This document shows, in pieces, positions 38,430 through 50,967 of a stretch of DNA of 64,000 nt. Every line of letters begins with the position of its first letter. The first letter of the stretch is position 1. The position numbers were made by a program, and so were the translations under genes. Source of the DNA: Flectonema sp. DT1601 (Eukaryota). The notes under the pieces were generated by a model. The model saw only the letters and a list, made by a program, of their open reading frames with translations. It was not told the origin of the DNA and made no database searches. The DNA lies in assembly GCA_964019425.1 (NCBI GenBank), contig OZ025786.1, positions 62,001-126,000 of the forward strand, read 5' to 3'.

Positions 38430-40236
38430 TTAGTTTGGGGCAGGCGGCAACGGATTGTGGGTGAAGTCACCTTCGAAGGAACCTACGAACTGACCATCTG
38501 TTTGATTCATTTATTTTTTTCATTTCTATAAAATATTCGAACTGTGCAGTGAGAGCTTCTCCAGCATCTCACGACACGTCACGATTTAATCAGAAATCCG
38601 GCTCGCCAGAGAATGGGAAAACAAAAAGTCTCGCATATATATCTGACCCTGATACTACTCAGGAAGCAGCAGGGGACACATGATATGCTTCTAGTCAGTC
38701 TCTCACCAGTATGAGTTATCAGAGAAGGGGGACACGCGATACGAGCAACAATCTCACATATATATCTGACCCTGATACTACTCAGGAAGCAGCAGGGGAC
38801 ACATGATATGCTTCTAGTCAGTCTCTCACCAGTATGAGTTATCAGAGAAGGGGGACACGCGATACGAGCAACAATCTCACATATATATCTGACCCTGATA
38901 CTACTCAGGAAGCAGCAGGGGACACATGATATGCTTCTAGTCAGTCTCTCACCAGTATGAGTTATCAGAGAAGGGGGACACACGATACGAGCAACAATCT
39001 CACATATATATCTGACCCTGATACTACTCAGGAAGCAGCAGGGGACACATGATATGCTTCTAGTCAGTCTCTCACCAGTATGAGTTATCAGAGAAGGGGG
39101 ACACGCGATACGAGCAACAATCTCACATATATATCTGACCCTGATACTACTCAGGAAGCAGCAGGGGACACATGATATGCTGAGGGTGATATAATAAGGT
39201 TTTAATTTCCCCTTTAAATGCATCAAGCGCAAAGCATGCATGTCTCTAGACTAGGTTCCGACCTAGAGGCGTTCAGCCATAATCCATCCAGTGGTAGCAT
39301 CACGGCACTGTCCGATCAGACAACCGTAGATACCAGGGACTAGAAACGGGAGTTCCTCTCGTACTGTCATTCCAATACCAAATCGGTTACTTCTATTAGT
39401 TAATAAAGATACATACCTTGAAATTGGTTTTCACCCTGCAACTGGACAAGCTGGAGCTGGGTAGGCCTGTTTTTCCTTCAGTTTAATACCACTATGCAGG
39501 TGATAAGAATAGTCATTATTAATATTAATTTGTTGTTATAAAAACACCAACAGAGTTAAGAAAATGATAAAAGTACACACTGATTGCTTCCACTCTGTCC
39601 ACTCTGAGAAACTTGTCCCGTAGGAAGGAGGATAGACATAGGAGTAGTAACAAAAGGTTGTTGTCCTCCCTGTTGCTGTTGTTGTTGCTGCGGCTGATTC
39701 TCTGACTGACCCCCAGAGTAGCCAACCAATGGCGGGTTAGCAGGTCTTGGTGCTGGCTTGCAATAGGTACCTCCTGGTCCACACACGCGGGTAGCGCGTA
39801 CTCGAGTTGGAGCAATTTCCATACATTCATATTCTACTTCAGATCCTTCTAACAATGATCGAAATCCTTTGGAGTGAACAACTGAGTGATGGACAAATAC
39901 ATCGTCTCCTCCCTCGATTGGCTGAATAAAACCATATCCCTTATCAAGATTCCATCTCTTTACGAATCCTGGTCTGACTCTGCCTCTACTCTGTTGAACA
40001 CCACCTCCACCACCACCGCCACCGCCACCGCCACCACCTCCTTGGGATCCTCCAACTTGGGAGCCTCCTGTTGGAGCTCCTGGAGCAGCCTGGAATGAAC
40101 CCGCCTGCTGCAAGTATACCTGTTGGTATCCCTGTTGTGGCTGCTGCTGCTGAATCGCAGTGAACTGTTGCTGTTGCTGCTGCTGTTGTTGTTGACCACC
40201 CCACTGTATCTCTTGACTCAACCCATGCTCACCCAT
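38430..40236 (-). CDS. Q/G-rich cold-shock-domain protein A; 3 exons (introns 39467-39580, 38498-39416)
   Basis: GFVKRWNLDKGYGFI...DVFVHHS CSD; spliced exons stay in frame to ...NPLPPAPN*. Confidence 0.8.
38627..39190 (-). repeat. 123-bp tandem array (~4.5 units) in CSD-A intron 2
   Basis: GATATGCT recurs every 123 bp from 38682 to 39174. Confidence 0.97.
39241..39365 (-). rRNA. Isolated LSU rRNA fragment starting at the sarcin-ricin loop
   Basis: The - strand reads AGTACGAGAGGAACTCCC...GGCTGAACGCCTCTAGGTCGGAA. Confidence 0.9.
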
Positions 40237-40506
40237 GTTGCTGCCTTGGTTACTTCCTTCCGTTTTGAATTGGGGGGGAGGCTACGTACCTGAATGTGGA
40301 AATACAACATTAAATACACACTAGCTTCCACTGCAGAACTAAACACTGGTTCGAAAATGCCCTACGCAGGTGCACCTGTTGGGAAAGTTAGCAAAGAGAC
40401 GCAGATATCTATGCGATTATGTAAACCTTTTTTCACTGTGCCCACCAATAGTAATTGGGACTTTTTTGGCTGTTTTTTTTTTTTTTTTTTTTTTTCGTTT
40501 TGTAGT

Positions 40507-40546
<40 letters not shown>

Positions 40547-41050
40547 CCTTTCCCAGTGCATGTCGCCCTAACAGAAATTACCTGCTTGTTGTTCATCCTC
40601 GTGTTAATTATCTGGTCTGCGGTCGGCTTACTCCTGTGTTTGAATCCAATTAGCAGGAATGGAGGAAATGCAACGCAACCATTGATTTAATGAACACTGG
40701 CTTCGCTTTGTAAAAAGAAAGATAAACTAACAAAACAACATACCCCCACTCACTCACTCACTCTCAACACTCCCTTCACTCGATAGGTGGCTCTACGGTT
40801 TTGGTTCTCGCATCTTTTCCGCTTTTTTTTTTTTTTTTTGTTGTTGTTGTTGTTTTTAGTTATTATTTTTGTTTCATGCATTTCGTCCTTTATAATTCCT
40901 CACATTATTTTTGAGGGGCGAGGGCCACAGTCAGGTGTGAAACAACCGCACAATCTTTTTTTGTTTTTTTGTTTTTATCTTGTTTTTTTTTTTTTTCCAG
41001 TTTTTTTTTTTTTCCATCCGCTTGTGCCTACCTAACCTTTATACATCTGC

Positions 41051-41617
41051 CTACTCTTGTTGATTACCGAAGAATGGTTGGTTATTTGGGTAAACAGGGA
41101 GAATTGCTTGGTTAGCAGGTCTTGGTGCTGGCTTGCAATAGGTACCTCCTGGTCCACACACGCGGGTAGCGCGTACTCGAGTTGGAGCAATTTCCATACA
41201 TTCATATTCTACTTCAGATCCTTCTAACAATGATCGAAATCCTTTGGAGTGAACAACTGAGTGATGGACAAATACATCGTCTCCTCCCTCGATTGGCTGA
41301 ATAAAACCATATCCCTTATCAAGATTCCATCTCTTTACGAATCCTCTTCCTCTCGTTCCGCCACCACCACCGCCACCTTGAGATCCTCCGATTTGAGAGC
41401 CTCCTGTTGGAGCTCCTGGGGCAGCCTGGAATGAACCCGCCTGCTGCAAGTATACCTGTTGGTATCCCTGTTGTGGCTGCTGCTGTTGTTGTTGTTGCTG
41501 TTGCTGTTGCTGTTGCTGCTGTTGTTGCAAAAGAGCAGCGAATTGAGGCTGCTGCTGTTGCTGTTGTTGTTGTTGTTGCTGTGGAGCCCCCCACTGTAAT
41601 TCTTGATGATCCCCCAT
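41051..41617 (-). CDS. Q/G-rich cold-shock-domain protein B (tandem paralogue)
   Basis: CSD identical to that of paralogue A; additional 3' exons not excluded. Confidence 0.85.
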   Translation of the reverse strand: MGDHQELQWGAPQQQQQQQQQQQPQFAALLQQQQQQQQQQQQQQQQQPQQGYQQVYLQQAGSFQAAPGAPTGGSQIGGSQGGGGGGGTRGRGFVKRWNLDKGYGFIQPIEGGDDVFVHHSVVHSKGFRSLLEGSEVEYECMEIAPTRVRATRVCGPGGTYCKPAPRPANQAILPVYPNNQPFFGNQQE

Positions 41618-42199
41618 GTTGTTGTTTTTATTACCGAGAGGCGTGTGTACCTATTCAACAATAAACATAACAACGAACACAAAAAAGACAACCAAGAAAC
41701 GTGTACTACCTTAACGCAGTAGACAGTAGACTACCTTTATTTTAGTTAAATAAAAGAAGGGAAAAAAAATCAGATTAACCACAATGGAACAACTGATTCG
41801 CACAAACAAGAGGAGACTTAGCCACAACATATTATTATAAAGTGAAGGGGAAGACAGTTCGAGGGGGGCAATACATTTATTTTTTTATCTACATTGTTAA
41901 CTGCGGTATGAATGATGCTTTCCCTTCTCTTACGGTAATCCAAGTTGACTATTGTTGATTAGGTTGATGAGGGTTTTATTAACCTGACTACTTTAACAAA
42001 CAATTTAAAAAAAGAAAAAGGAAGAAGAAACACCACAAAGAAAAGAAGAGTCCGAAGCATCAGTTGTTTTCACCATCTCTGTCAGAGACAAAAGACAATA
42101 ATATGGACCGATTGCATAAGGAAGTATAAACTAAAAATTTGCACAGGGGAGAAAGTGTTGTCACCCACGCTGCCTAAGGAAAAAACACAACAGAATTAA

Positions 42200-42236
<37 letters not shown>

Positions 42237-42670
42237 ATAAAAAAAACCCCTCTCGGGGTCGCACTCTGAGTTCTGATTTGGTAATTAAAATTATGCAAGG
42301 GAAGAGAAAAAAAGGAATTTATCGACATCAAGAAAGCCAGCCAGGCTCCAGTACAAAAACAGACGATGTTAGCGAATCATATTTTTATTTAAATTATTCA
42401 TCAGATTTAATCATACCGACAACGTGAAGGTGTCAATAGCGGGTCGCACTATTTCTATATTTCACCTCATAAACAAAAGTGGAACTGGTTTTTTTTTTTT
42501 TTCGTTTTTTTTTGTTTTTTTTCAACTATTGACAAAAAAAAAAAAAACTCCCCTCAACAAAAAGGCTAACAACGTAATAATTTCCCAGTTGGCAATAATT
42601 TGTTATTTCTCTGGGCTCTGGACGACATGTGTTGGAATCTAACGGAATAACAAACAAAATGAGAGAATTA

Positions 42671-42704
<34 letters not shown>

Positions 42705-43377
42705 TACAGAAAGGGAAGTAGACAGCCAATTTCCCAGGCTGTTATTGGAATAACTAAAAGTAAAAGGACCCAACTCTTGTGGTCAAAGTATTCTTCTTTA
42801 TTTTATTTTTTTTTTTGTTCTCACCAGAGGTTTCCTAGCAGAATTTTTCTTGTGAGGAAAAAATCAACCAGTTTTTTTTTTTTTTTTTTTTTTTTCCAGC
42901 CCGAATTGTCGTATTGCGGTTCAGGTAATTATCGATATGACCTTAGGAAATATCACCTACACCGTCTTTTAGAGAAATGAATTAATAAATAAATTTTAAA
43001 AAAAATAAAATGAATAACAGTAATGTCTTATTCAGGTTTTTGATGATCCGGTCAGCCTACCGATGTGGGATCAACAAAGAAAATCGATTTAAAAAATTGA
43101 ATATAAAAAAATAAAAAGATTTGCATCGACATCTCTCTTTGTCGGCAGTTACAGTTATCAGAATGAGAAAGCCAAAAAAAAAAAAATAAAGTTTGCTTTC
43201 CGATATTATTTTAGAGAAGACAAAAAATAAATCTATTGTGTGTCTGTACAAGGTAATAAAAACATCAAATGCCGTAGTCCCTCAGGTGATCCGGTCAGCC
43301 CACTGATGTGGGATCGATAAAGTGAGCAGCGGTGATGAGCTTATCTCTTTTTGAATAACTATTTCAGTTCGATGAGA

Positions 43378-44946
43378 TCAGACGAAGTCATCTTCGTATT
43401 CTTCAGAAGATTCACCGTCGCTCTCTTCATGAGGCTGTTGGGTGTTGGTGCTGTCTTCAGGAGGAGGAGCAGCAGCCATAACAACAACCGGCTGTGTTTC
43501 AGCAACAGGTGTCTTCCTGTCAACACTACCAACACTTGAAGGAGTATAACTAATCGAGATTGACGGGGTTGAGCCCGCCGCACTCTTTCTCAATAAAGTC
43601 TTACTCTCTTCTCTCATCATCATCGGTTGGTCGATACTTTTTACTAAATCCGAAGATGATTCCTCGTCTTCTTCGTCTTCCTCTTCTTCTTCATTCTCAC
43701 TGTCAGTTATTCCGTTGGTTTCTATTTTTAAAGAACAACTTCGAACAGGTTCAATATAGAAACGTCTTCCTTGAGTAGTGACTGCAGTCTTTAATCTTTT
43801 ACTAGAGATAGCAATCCATTCATCGTGAGCTTCACTGTGGGATTCGTAATGTACTTTTACTTTATCAGATGTAATCTGAATTACTCGACAACACCGTTCT
43901 CGCATTCCACTTTTGATAAGGAGTCTGTCGTTTAGTGAAAGTTTGATGGGCTGTTCTTCTTTTGTTGGTGATGGTTTTTTTGATATCCTTCTCGGAGTGT
44001 ATGTTCTCTGAATAACGTATCGCCAGGCTAACTTTGCTCCAGCATTAAGTCTTCTAACTTGAGTATCAGACATCGTGTGTTTATCAGCTGTTTTTAGGTG
44101 TCTCTGAACTGCCGGTCTTTTAAACAATCTTTTACAATGAGGATCTTGAACAGCATCATATTGAGGCATTCTTTCTGAAAGACTTACTTCATTCCATGAG
44201 GTACGAGTCTTACTACGAAGTCCCCAAACAGGTGATCCTTGTGGGATCATTTTCGATACTGGTTTGCTGTACAAAGCAACCAGACGATCTTCTTTGTGTG
44301 GAGTTGTGACGAAACCATCCGCATCGTGAAGTAACTGACTAGTGTCAGGAGAGATATTTACATTCAGAGCTGCGAAATCACTGTCACTACAGCTGCTTGT
44401 TGGACTCTTTGGTGGTTCCAACTGAGGACTTCTCAAAGATGAATGACTCGAACTTGGAGATAGGGATTCTGTTGATGAAATACTTTTTCTAGTCGGATTC
44501 GAACTTGGTTGAATTTTTTGAATTTTTTTTTCTGGTTCTGAAATCTTTTGAGGAGGTGTTGCTGTTTCTCCTAAATTCTTATCAATTGAGAGAGTAGTCT
44601 TCTTACAAATACTTAACAACGACAAGTAATAGTTACGTAACAGACCACGACCAGCCCTCTTTCGAAGGGACAACACGTGAAGTCTTGTTATGTATCTTCT
44701 TCTTATTCTGTTGAAATGTTTCGTTTCTTTTGCTACAACAACATCCCATCCAGGACCAGGTCTAGTTCTGTTTACATTATTTCGAGGTGTTGGGACAGAG
44801 CTACTTGGCTTTGATTGGATGTCACCAGACTGTGATTGCTCAGCCTGCATCATTCCCCACATTGAACGTGATGGACTGCTGATTGGTACGTCAGAATCAC
44901 TGGAATCTGAGAAGTTGGAAAACTCTCCGTCATCGTCTTCACTCAT
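43378..44946 (-). CDS. Low-complexity protein with Tudor-knot/chromo-barrel-like domain
   Basis: KVKVHYESHSEAHDEWI motif within a 522-aa ORF. Confidence 0.7.
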   Translation of the reverse strand: MSEDDDGEFSNFSDSSDSDVPISSPSRSMWGMMQAEQSQSGDIQSKPSSSVPTPRNNVNRTRPGPGWDVVVAKETKHFNRIRRRYITRLHVLSLRKRAGRGLLRNYYLSLLSICKKTTLSIDKNLGETATPPQKISEPEKKIQKIQPSSNPTRKSISSTESLSPSSSHSSLRSPQLEPPKSPTSSCSDSDFAALNVNISPDTSQLLHDADGFVTTPHKEDRLVALYSKPVSKMIPQGSPVWGLRSKTRTSWNEVSLSERMPQYDAVQDPHCKRLFKRPAVQRHLKTADKHTMSDTQVRRLNAGAKLAWRYVIQRTYTPRRISKKPSPTKEEQPIKLSLNDRLLIKSGMRERCCRVIQITSDKVKVHYESHSEAHDEWIAISSKRLKTAVTTQGRRFYIEPVRSCSLKIETNGITDSENEEEEEDEEDEESSSDLVKSIDQPMMMREESKTLLRKSAAGSTPSISISYTPSSVGSVDRKTPVAETQPVVVMAAAPPPEDSTNTQQPHEESDGESSEEYEDDFV

Positions 44947-46555
44947 TTTTAATGAGCAGCAACACCTGAGAGAGAGAGAGAGAGAAAGAAGTTTTGATGA
45001 GCTCCACAGACTTTAATCATTCATGAGATGGCTATCACTTTACTATTTGAAATACCTGTCAGAGAAGTGAATATGATGTGAATCAGACAGACTGGAATGG
45101 TTGTAAAAGATTTCTTTTAACTTGTAGCTCGCTGCATGGCCTGACAACGACCACACTGCAGACCGAGTTGGGGGAAAAAAAAAAAAAAAAATTAACTCGT
45201 AGTTGTTTTTTTGTTGTTGTTCGTTCAATTCATTTTTTTTTTTTTTTTTTTCCCCTCCCATTTTCTCTATTTCTCTGCTCAGTTTCAGAGCGAGTCTCCC
45301 TTCCGACTGCATTCTGTAAAACAAATATATATAAAAAATAAGTTTCCAGTTTCAGGTCCCAAGCAACTTTGAGAATCGTTGCAAAAAAAATTGCAGTTCA
45401 GATTCAACTCAAAAAACACGGACAAGAAAATATAATTACACAGCGCATTTTATCATCGCGTTTTATTTTTTTTTTTTTTTTTAAACAAGAACGAAGATCA
45501 GCTCCGAAAGTGAGAAAACGAAAAGAAAAAGAATCGAGTCAATGAATCAATGATTTGAAAAAACAAAAAACAAAAAAAACGAAAAAAAGGAAAACCTAAA
45601 AACCTTTAATTTAAGCTAAAAAGAAAGAAAAGAAAAAGAAGAAAAAAAAAAAAAAAAACGCACAGAGAAAATAGATGATGTGAATCTTTGATTATTATTC
45701 TTTTACTGCTCCGGATATCCAAGAAGACAGACCCTTTAAAAAAAACATTGTAAGCAAGCGTAAAGTGAGCAATTAGTTCGACTATTAATACTCTTTGGGT
45801 TTTCTACTAAGTGACCAAGTAATACAAAAGAGTCCTCAACGAAGGCTACCCCTGCTTGAGTACGTGTGCTTTATTTATTTTTTTTTTTTTTTTGAATGAA
45901 CGAGACAACAGAATTTATAGGGGAAAAGAAAATGATGTAAAAGGGAAAGAATACTTCACAGCAGACTCACCCACGTCCAAGACACGCGTAAATTGGAGCA
46001 GATGATCGTCGCAAAGTTAATGTGGCAGCGTCGGGTCCACCACGACCCTCCAACACAATTCACTGACCTCTAACGGGTTAAATACCTGAGTCAGGTTTTG
46101 TTATTCTGCGAGGACTTCGGCAAGTATTTCATTTATTTATTTTTTTAAAAAAACCCCTCTCATACGAAAAAATTCATTGACTGTTGTACACAGTGAACGA
46201 ATAAGGAAAAACCACCATCCCAAATACAAAAAGTTTCTGAAAACCCCCCCAATTTCAAACAGAACGAATAGTTCTCCACGTTTGTCTGCACACATGCACA
46301 CTGCTAGTAAATAATGTTTTTTTTTTTTGTATGGAGCTGACAGAAACTTTTATTAGAATCAGGCTTTCTCAAATCAGAAGGAGGATTAAAAAGGGGAACA
46401 TTTCAGTGTACGTCGGTTTTGTTTTTTTCCTTTTATTTCTGTAGTACGCTGTGTCAGGTTTTTTTTTTTTTTTTTTTTTTTTGGTCTGGAAAAGATGAAA
46501 AAAAGGTGATAAAAATTTACCTTTTTTTTTTTTTTTTTTTTCTTCTTCTTGTCAC

Positions 46556-46587
<32 letters not shown>

Positions 46588-47380
46588 AATTCCTAATGTA
46601 ATAGGCAGCGACCAGAATTGAAAGAAAGAAAGAACACCTGTTCCTTATATTTCCGGGGAGGGGATGAGGGTGAGAGAGGGCAATGCTAACCACGTTTTTG
46701 ATTTTTTTTTTCTTTTTTCCCCCCCTTCTGCAGAGTAAGTAGCCTTACGTGTTCCTTAACAACCACGCCTGTCTCCGATACAAGGATACCTAAAATTGCA
46801 TCGGTCGGAACATAATTCCGTGAGACTTCCTTACTTGTACTTTTACAAGAGGATGCTCTCGCCCATTTCAAAAAGAATTATACCATCGAGAAGAATAAAG
46901 AAATCACCTTACGCACATTACATAAAATATCTTCTTTTGGCTTCCGTTTGATGAGATCTTTTTATTATACTTTATTCAACAATGATTTCGGAAGGAAAGA
47001 AAAAAGAGAAACAAAAAAAAAGAAACTCTTTCGCTCAGCAGCCCTGATTCGCTGGTGAGCTTCTCCCTTTGAAGACTTATATAAGAAAATGAACAAAAAA
47101 AAAAAAAAAAAAAAAAAAAACACGCAATATATGTGAGGGGGAAAAAATGAGGGGAAAAAGAAAATGGGTAAGAAAGACATCCTCATCAGCCGTTTCTATT
47201 TTATTTGTTTTTTCCCTCCTTACCATCTTCAAACTTTCCACCTGATTCTATTACAATGCCCTTTGATGGGAGGGGTCAGGGATAAAAGATAAAAAAAAAC
47301 ACAGCGAAGGCAAGAAAAAAAAGAAGAAAAATGCCACACCTCAGTAACTAATTATTGTATCATGAAGAAGAGGAAAACGT

Positions 47381-47411
<31 letters not shown>

Positions 47412-47418
<7 letters not shown>

Positions 47419-49095
47419 GAAATTTCATTGTATGAATTTCTTCCAAGAAGTTCCTTTTCGAGAACAGCGTAGGATTTTCCTTTGGTTTCTGGAAGGATGA
47501 ATCTGATAAAGAATACACCAAGGAAGCACACAGATCCATACATAACAAATAGCCATCCATGTCCTGCAGAAGTCTCACCGTTAGGATCCATTGGGTCAGC
47601 ATTAGAGAATGCTTTAACCATCGTATCGACAGTCTTTGTAATAACGAATGATAATAACCAATTAGTCATAGTCGCGATAGCACTGAATATTCCTTTAACT
47701 TCTGGATGGAAGATCTCACCCATAATAAACCATGGAACTGCTCCCATTCCCATCGAGAAGAATGCAACGTATCCGTAGAACCCAATAATGAGCATCGCTT
47801 TTGGAACAGAACTCGACCAAAAGTAATACGACGACATTAGCATACAACAGATAACAAGACCAACAGATGCGACTGTTAACATCGCTTTACGACCTGCTTT
47901 ATCAACGATAGGCGCTGCTACAATTGTTAAAAAGAATTGCATGGCTTGAACTCCAACAGCAAACTTGTTTACAGTGTCGTCATCAGTCCAAACAGTTCCT
48001 AAGATCTTTGATGCGTAGAACATGACAGCATTGATACCAGACAACTGCTGAACAAACATAAGACCAACTCCAATCATTAAAGCTTTAACACGAGGAGGTT
48101 TCGCTATCTTCTGCATCAAAGTCTCATCAGTTTCCACAACTTCGTCCTGATTTAAATCATTTTCCATCTTTCCTAATATTTCAAGTACCTGACTGTCTTC
48201 AGTTCTGAGTTTTCTGAGAGAAGCCTCAGCTTCTTCTTTTCTTCCCTTGCTGAGTAACCACACAGGTGATTCAGGAATCATAAAGGCGAGGACAATACCA
48301 GCGGCGTTAACAATCAGAACAATTATAGAAAGGGATTCGTATCTGTTTTGTTTTGTTTTGTTTTGTTTTATTTATTTTATTTTATGTTTTTTTCATCCAT
48401 TTTGTTGTAAAAAAAGACTACTTAAATATAATAACACACCTGATCCACAATCCTAAAAAGTACACCATAAAGATACCGGCTACAACACCAACCTGAAAAC
48501 ACGTTCCAATAGCTCCTCTCAGTGGAAGAGTTGAGATCTCAACCTGAAGTGGTGTTGGTTTTGTGTTGTTGTTTTAAAATAAATGACACAAAAAAAATCA
48601 TACCTGATAGTTACCGATTGAACAACAAATAAAACCAATACCAACTCCCATCAGGACACGTGCAGCATAGAATTGAACCATTTGGTGGTCGTTACTCTTT
48701 CCAGCATCTGGAGCTTTACATAAAAGGATGAGAAGATATCCAATTAGTAAGAAGGCGTTTGCGAGAATCATACCAAATTTCTTTCCGAATTTATCAACAG
48801 GGAATCCTCCAAGTACACCTCCAAGACAGGCTCCAAGATTGATTACAGATCCGAACCAAGTCTTTTGATCATCAGTCATGAAGAACTTGGTATCCAAATA
48901 ATAAGTTTTCGTCATGTCCGATGATGGATTAAACACAGGGGAAGTAAACCCTAAACAATACCCAAAGGCGAATGTTCCACAGCTGGTAGCTAAAATCGCA
49001 ATCCATAAAAAAACAGAAGGCTTATCAATCAGCTCAGCCTGTTGCAAAAGACTTGAATCTTCATTCACCTCCGCATCATTTGAGTGTAACGTCAT
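47412..49095 (-). CDS. MFS sugar porter (GLUT8/ERD6-like); 3 exons (introns 48544-48603, 48343-48439)
   Basis: DKFGKK, PESPVWL, QQLSGINAVMFY, VDKAGRK, PETKGK. Confidence 0.93.
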
Positions 49096-49497
49096 GTTGT
49101 GAAGGTATGGCTGTTGATAAAAAAGATTTTTAGAGATCGTTTTTTTTTTTTTTTTAAATCATCAATCAAAAAGGGAAGAAACCAATCGTTACTTCCTTTT
49201 TTGTTTTTTTTTAAACCAATCAAAAAAAAAAAATCATTAATTCTAATTTGGTTTGAAGAGAGAGAGAGAGCAAATAAACCACACTCACGCACCAGGAATA
49301 AATCACAATAACAAAAACAACACCCAACAACACTCACACAAAAGGAAGGTATTTGTCTTAGTAATGGTCCTTTGACACATAAAAGTGTGTTCACAAAGAC
49401 GTTCGATTCACGCACAATATAAAAAAACAGTAAACTGTCTGTCAAAGATATCTCACATTGAAGAGAGAGATGTTTATATGAATGTTTTCTTTATTTA

Positions 49498-50703
49498 TTA
49501 CAATTCATCCTGTTCAGAGTCTACCGACTCCATCGGCAACATAGAGTTGAGGATATTGAGTCTCTTCGTGAAGAGGTCAGACTTGTCGTCTGAAATCTGA
49601 TTTTGTTGTTATTAATTATTTAAATGTAAATGATAATTACAATTCACCAACACCGTAAAAAAAAGGTTGTATCTACATACTGATCCCTTGTGAAGTAATC
49701 CTCCAAGGCGGGTTATTTCTGAAGTGACCCACTGCGGTCCCTTTTCTGATATCTTTTTAAGGATTCGCTGGTATAATGCAATGTCGGTGTTCTTAGGTTC
49801 TGCTTTTATCATTTCATCAGTTTTTGTTATTGCTTTGTTAATGAGTTCCATTTTAAAAGCGATTCCTTTCACTTCTTTATGGAGGTCAGCGACCCGACCA
49901 GCCTTATTGTTAAGACTGCCGTCAAGATTTCTGTTGGTTCCAACAACCTTATTTATGAAATACAAAACTGCTCCCGGAGTTAACTCCGGTTCATTAAAAG
50001 GATATTGTTTGCCTTTGGTGAGAACGACGATTTTAGGAGTGGCAGGATCTACTTTCATTTTTAATGATGTTTTTGGATTTTTTTCAGCATCCATGGCGGC
50101 GATTAGTATTTGAGGCTCGTTTTTAAATGCGTCGAGAAATGTTTGATACCAACCTGCTACTTCTTGAGCTGACTTGGAACTCCTCGACAAGATCTGAAGT
50201 ACAATAAAATCATTACTATTCTTGAGATATGAATCGATAGTGTTGTCTGTAAGGATTATCATTTCTTTTGATTTTTTTGATTTTTGGTGTCGTAGATTTA
50301 ATCCAACCTCACCATTAATAAAAGACAGCAGTTGGTCGACATTCGGAATGCCATTATAACCCTTTGGAACTCCATTCACAAATAGTACAATTTGAGGGTA
50401 GTTCGTCACTCCCATCGCTGCTGCTTCTTCTCCGTAAAAGTTTCCATTTAATTTGGCAATTTTAACTTTTGTTTTAGCAAGTGGATCACTGCTGACTACT
50501 TCAGCGATTGTTTTTAGTATTCCAACCATCCTCTTACTGTATTCACACCATGGAGCGTATGTTGTGAGAAGTACGATTGGATTTTTTTTAACAAAAGGTT
50601 CAACTCCGGTTGTTATTTCTTCAACATTTGGGATTCGATCATCTATCTCTGCTGCCATTGCCGTAGTCAATATCACAAATAGGATTACATAACAGAACTT
50701 CAT
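49498..50703 (-). CDS. PDI/ERp29-family ER protein; 2 exons (intron 49597-49680)
   Basis: Signal peptide, YAPWCEYSK thioredoxin fold, ERp29-C-like EITRL...KRLNIL, C-terminal QDEL. Confidence 0.85.
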
Positions 50704-50808
50704 GGTCGTAAATATTTTACTTTTTTTTTTTTTTTTTTTTCCCCCTTCTCTTTTCTGTAGATAAAGAAATAAATAAAAAAAAACAAAAATTTCCGTAGCG
50801 AGTCAACC

Positions 50809-50967
50809 GTCTCAAAATTAGTTATTTCAGTATTCACGCCATCGAGTCTCAACATTAGTTATTTCAGTATTCACGCCATCGAGTCTCAACATTAGTTATT
50901 TCAGTATTCACGCCATCGAGTCTCAACATTAGTTATTTCAGTATTCACGCCATCGAGTCTCAACATT
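50809..50967. repeat. 37-bp minisatellite (~4.3 units) bracketed by 13-bp direct repeats
   Basis: TCTCAACATTAGTTATTTCAGTATTCACGCCATCGAG units; ATTTCCGTAGCGA at 50789 and 50984. Confidence 0.9.

Noticed and set aside
38579..39241. 220-aa ORF with 41-aa repeats (also 57894-58190)
   Set aside because: By-product of a 123-bp unit that is divisible by three; it lies within introns
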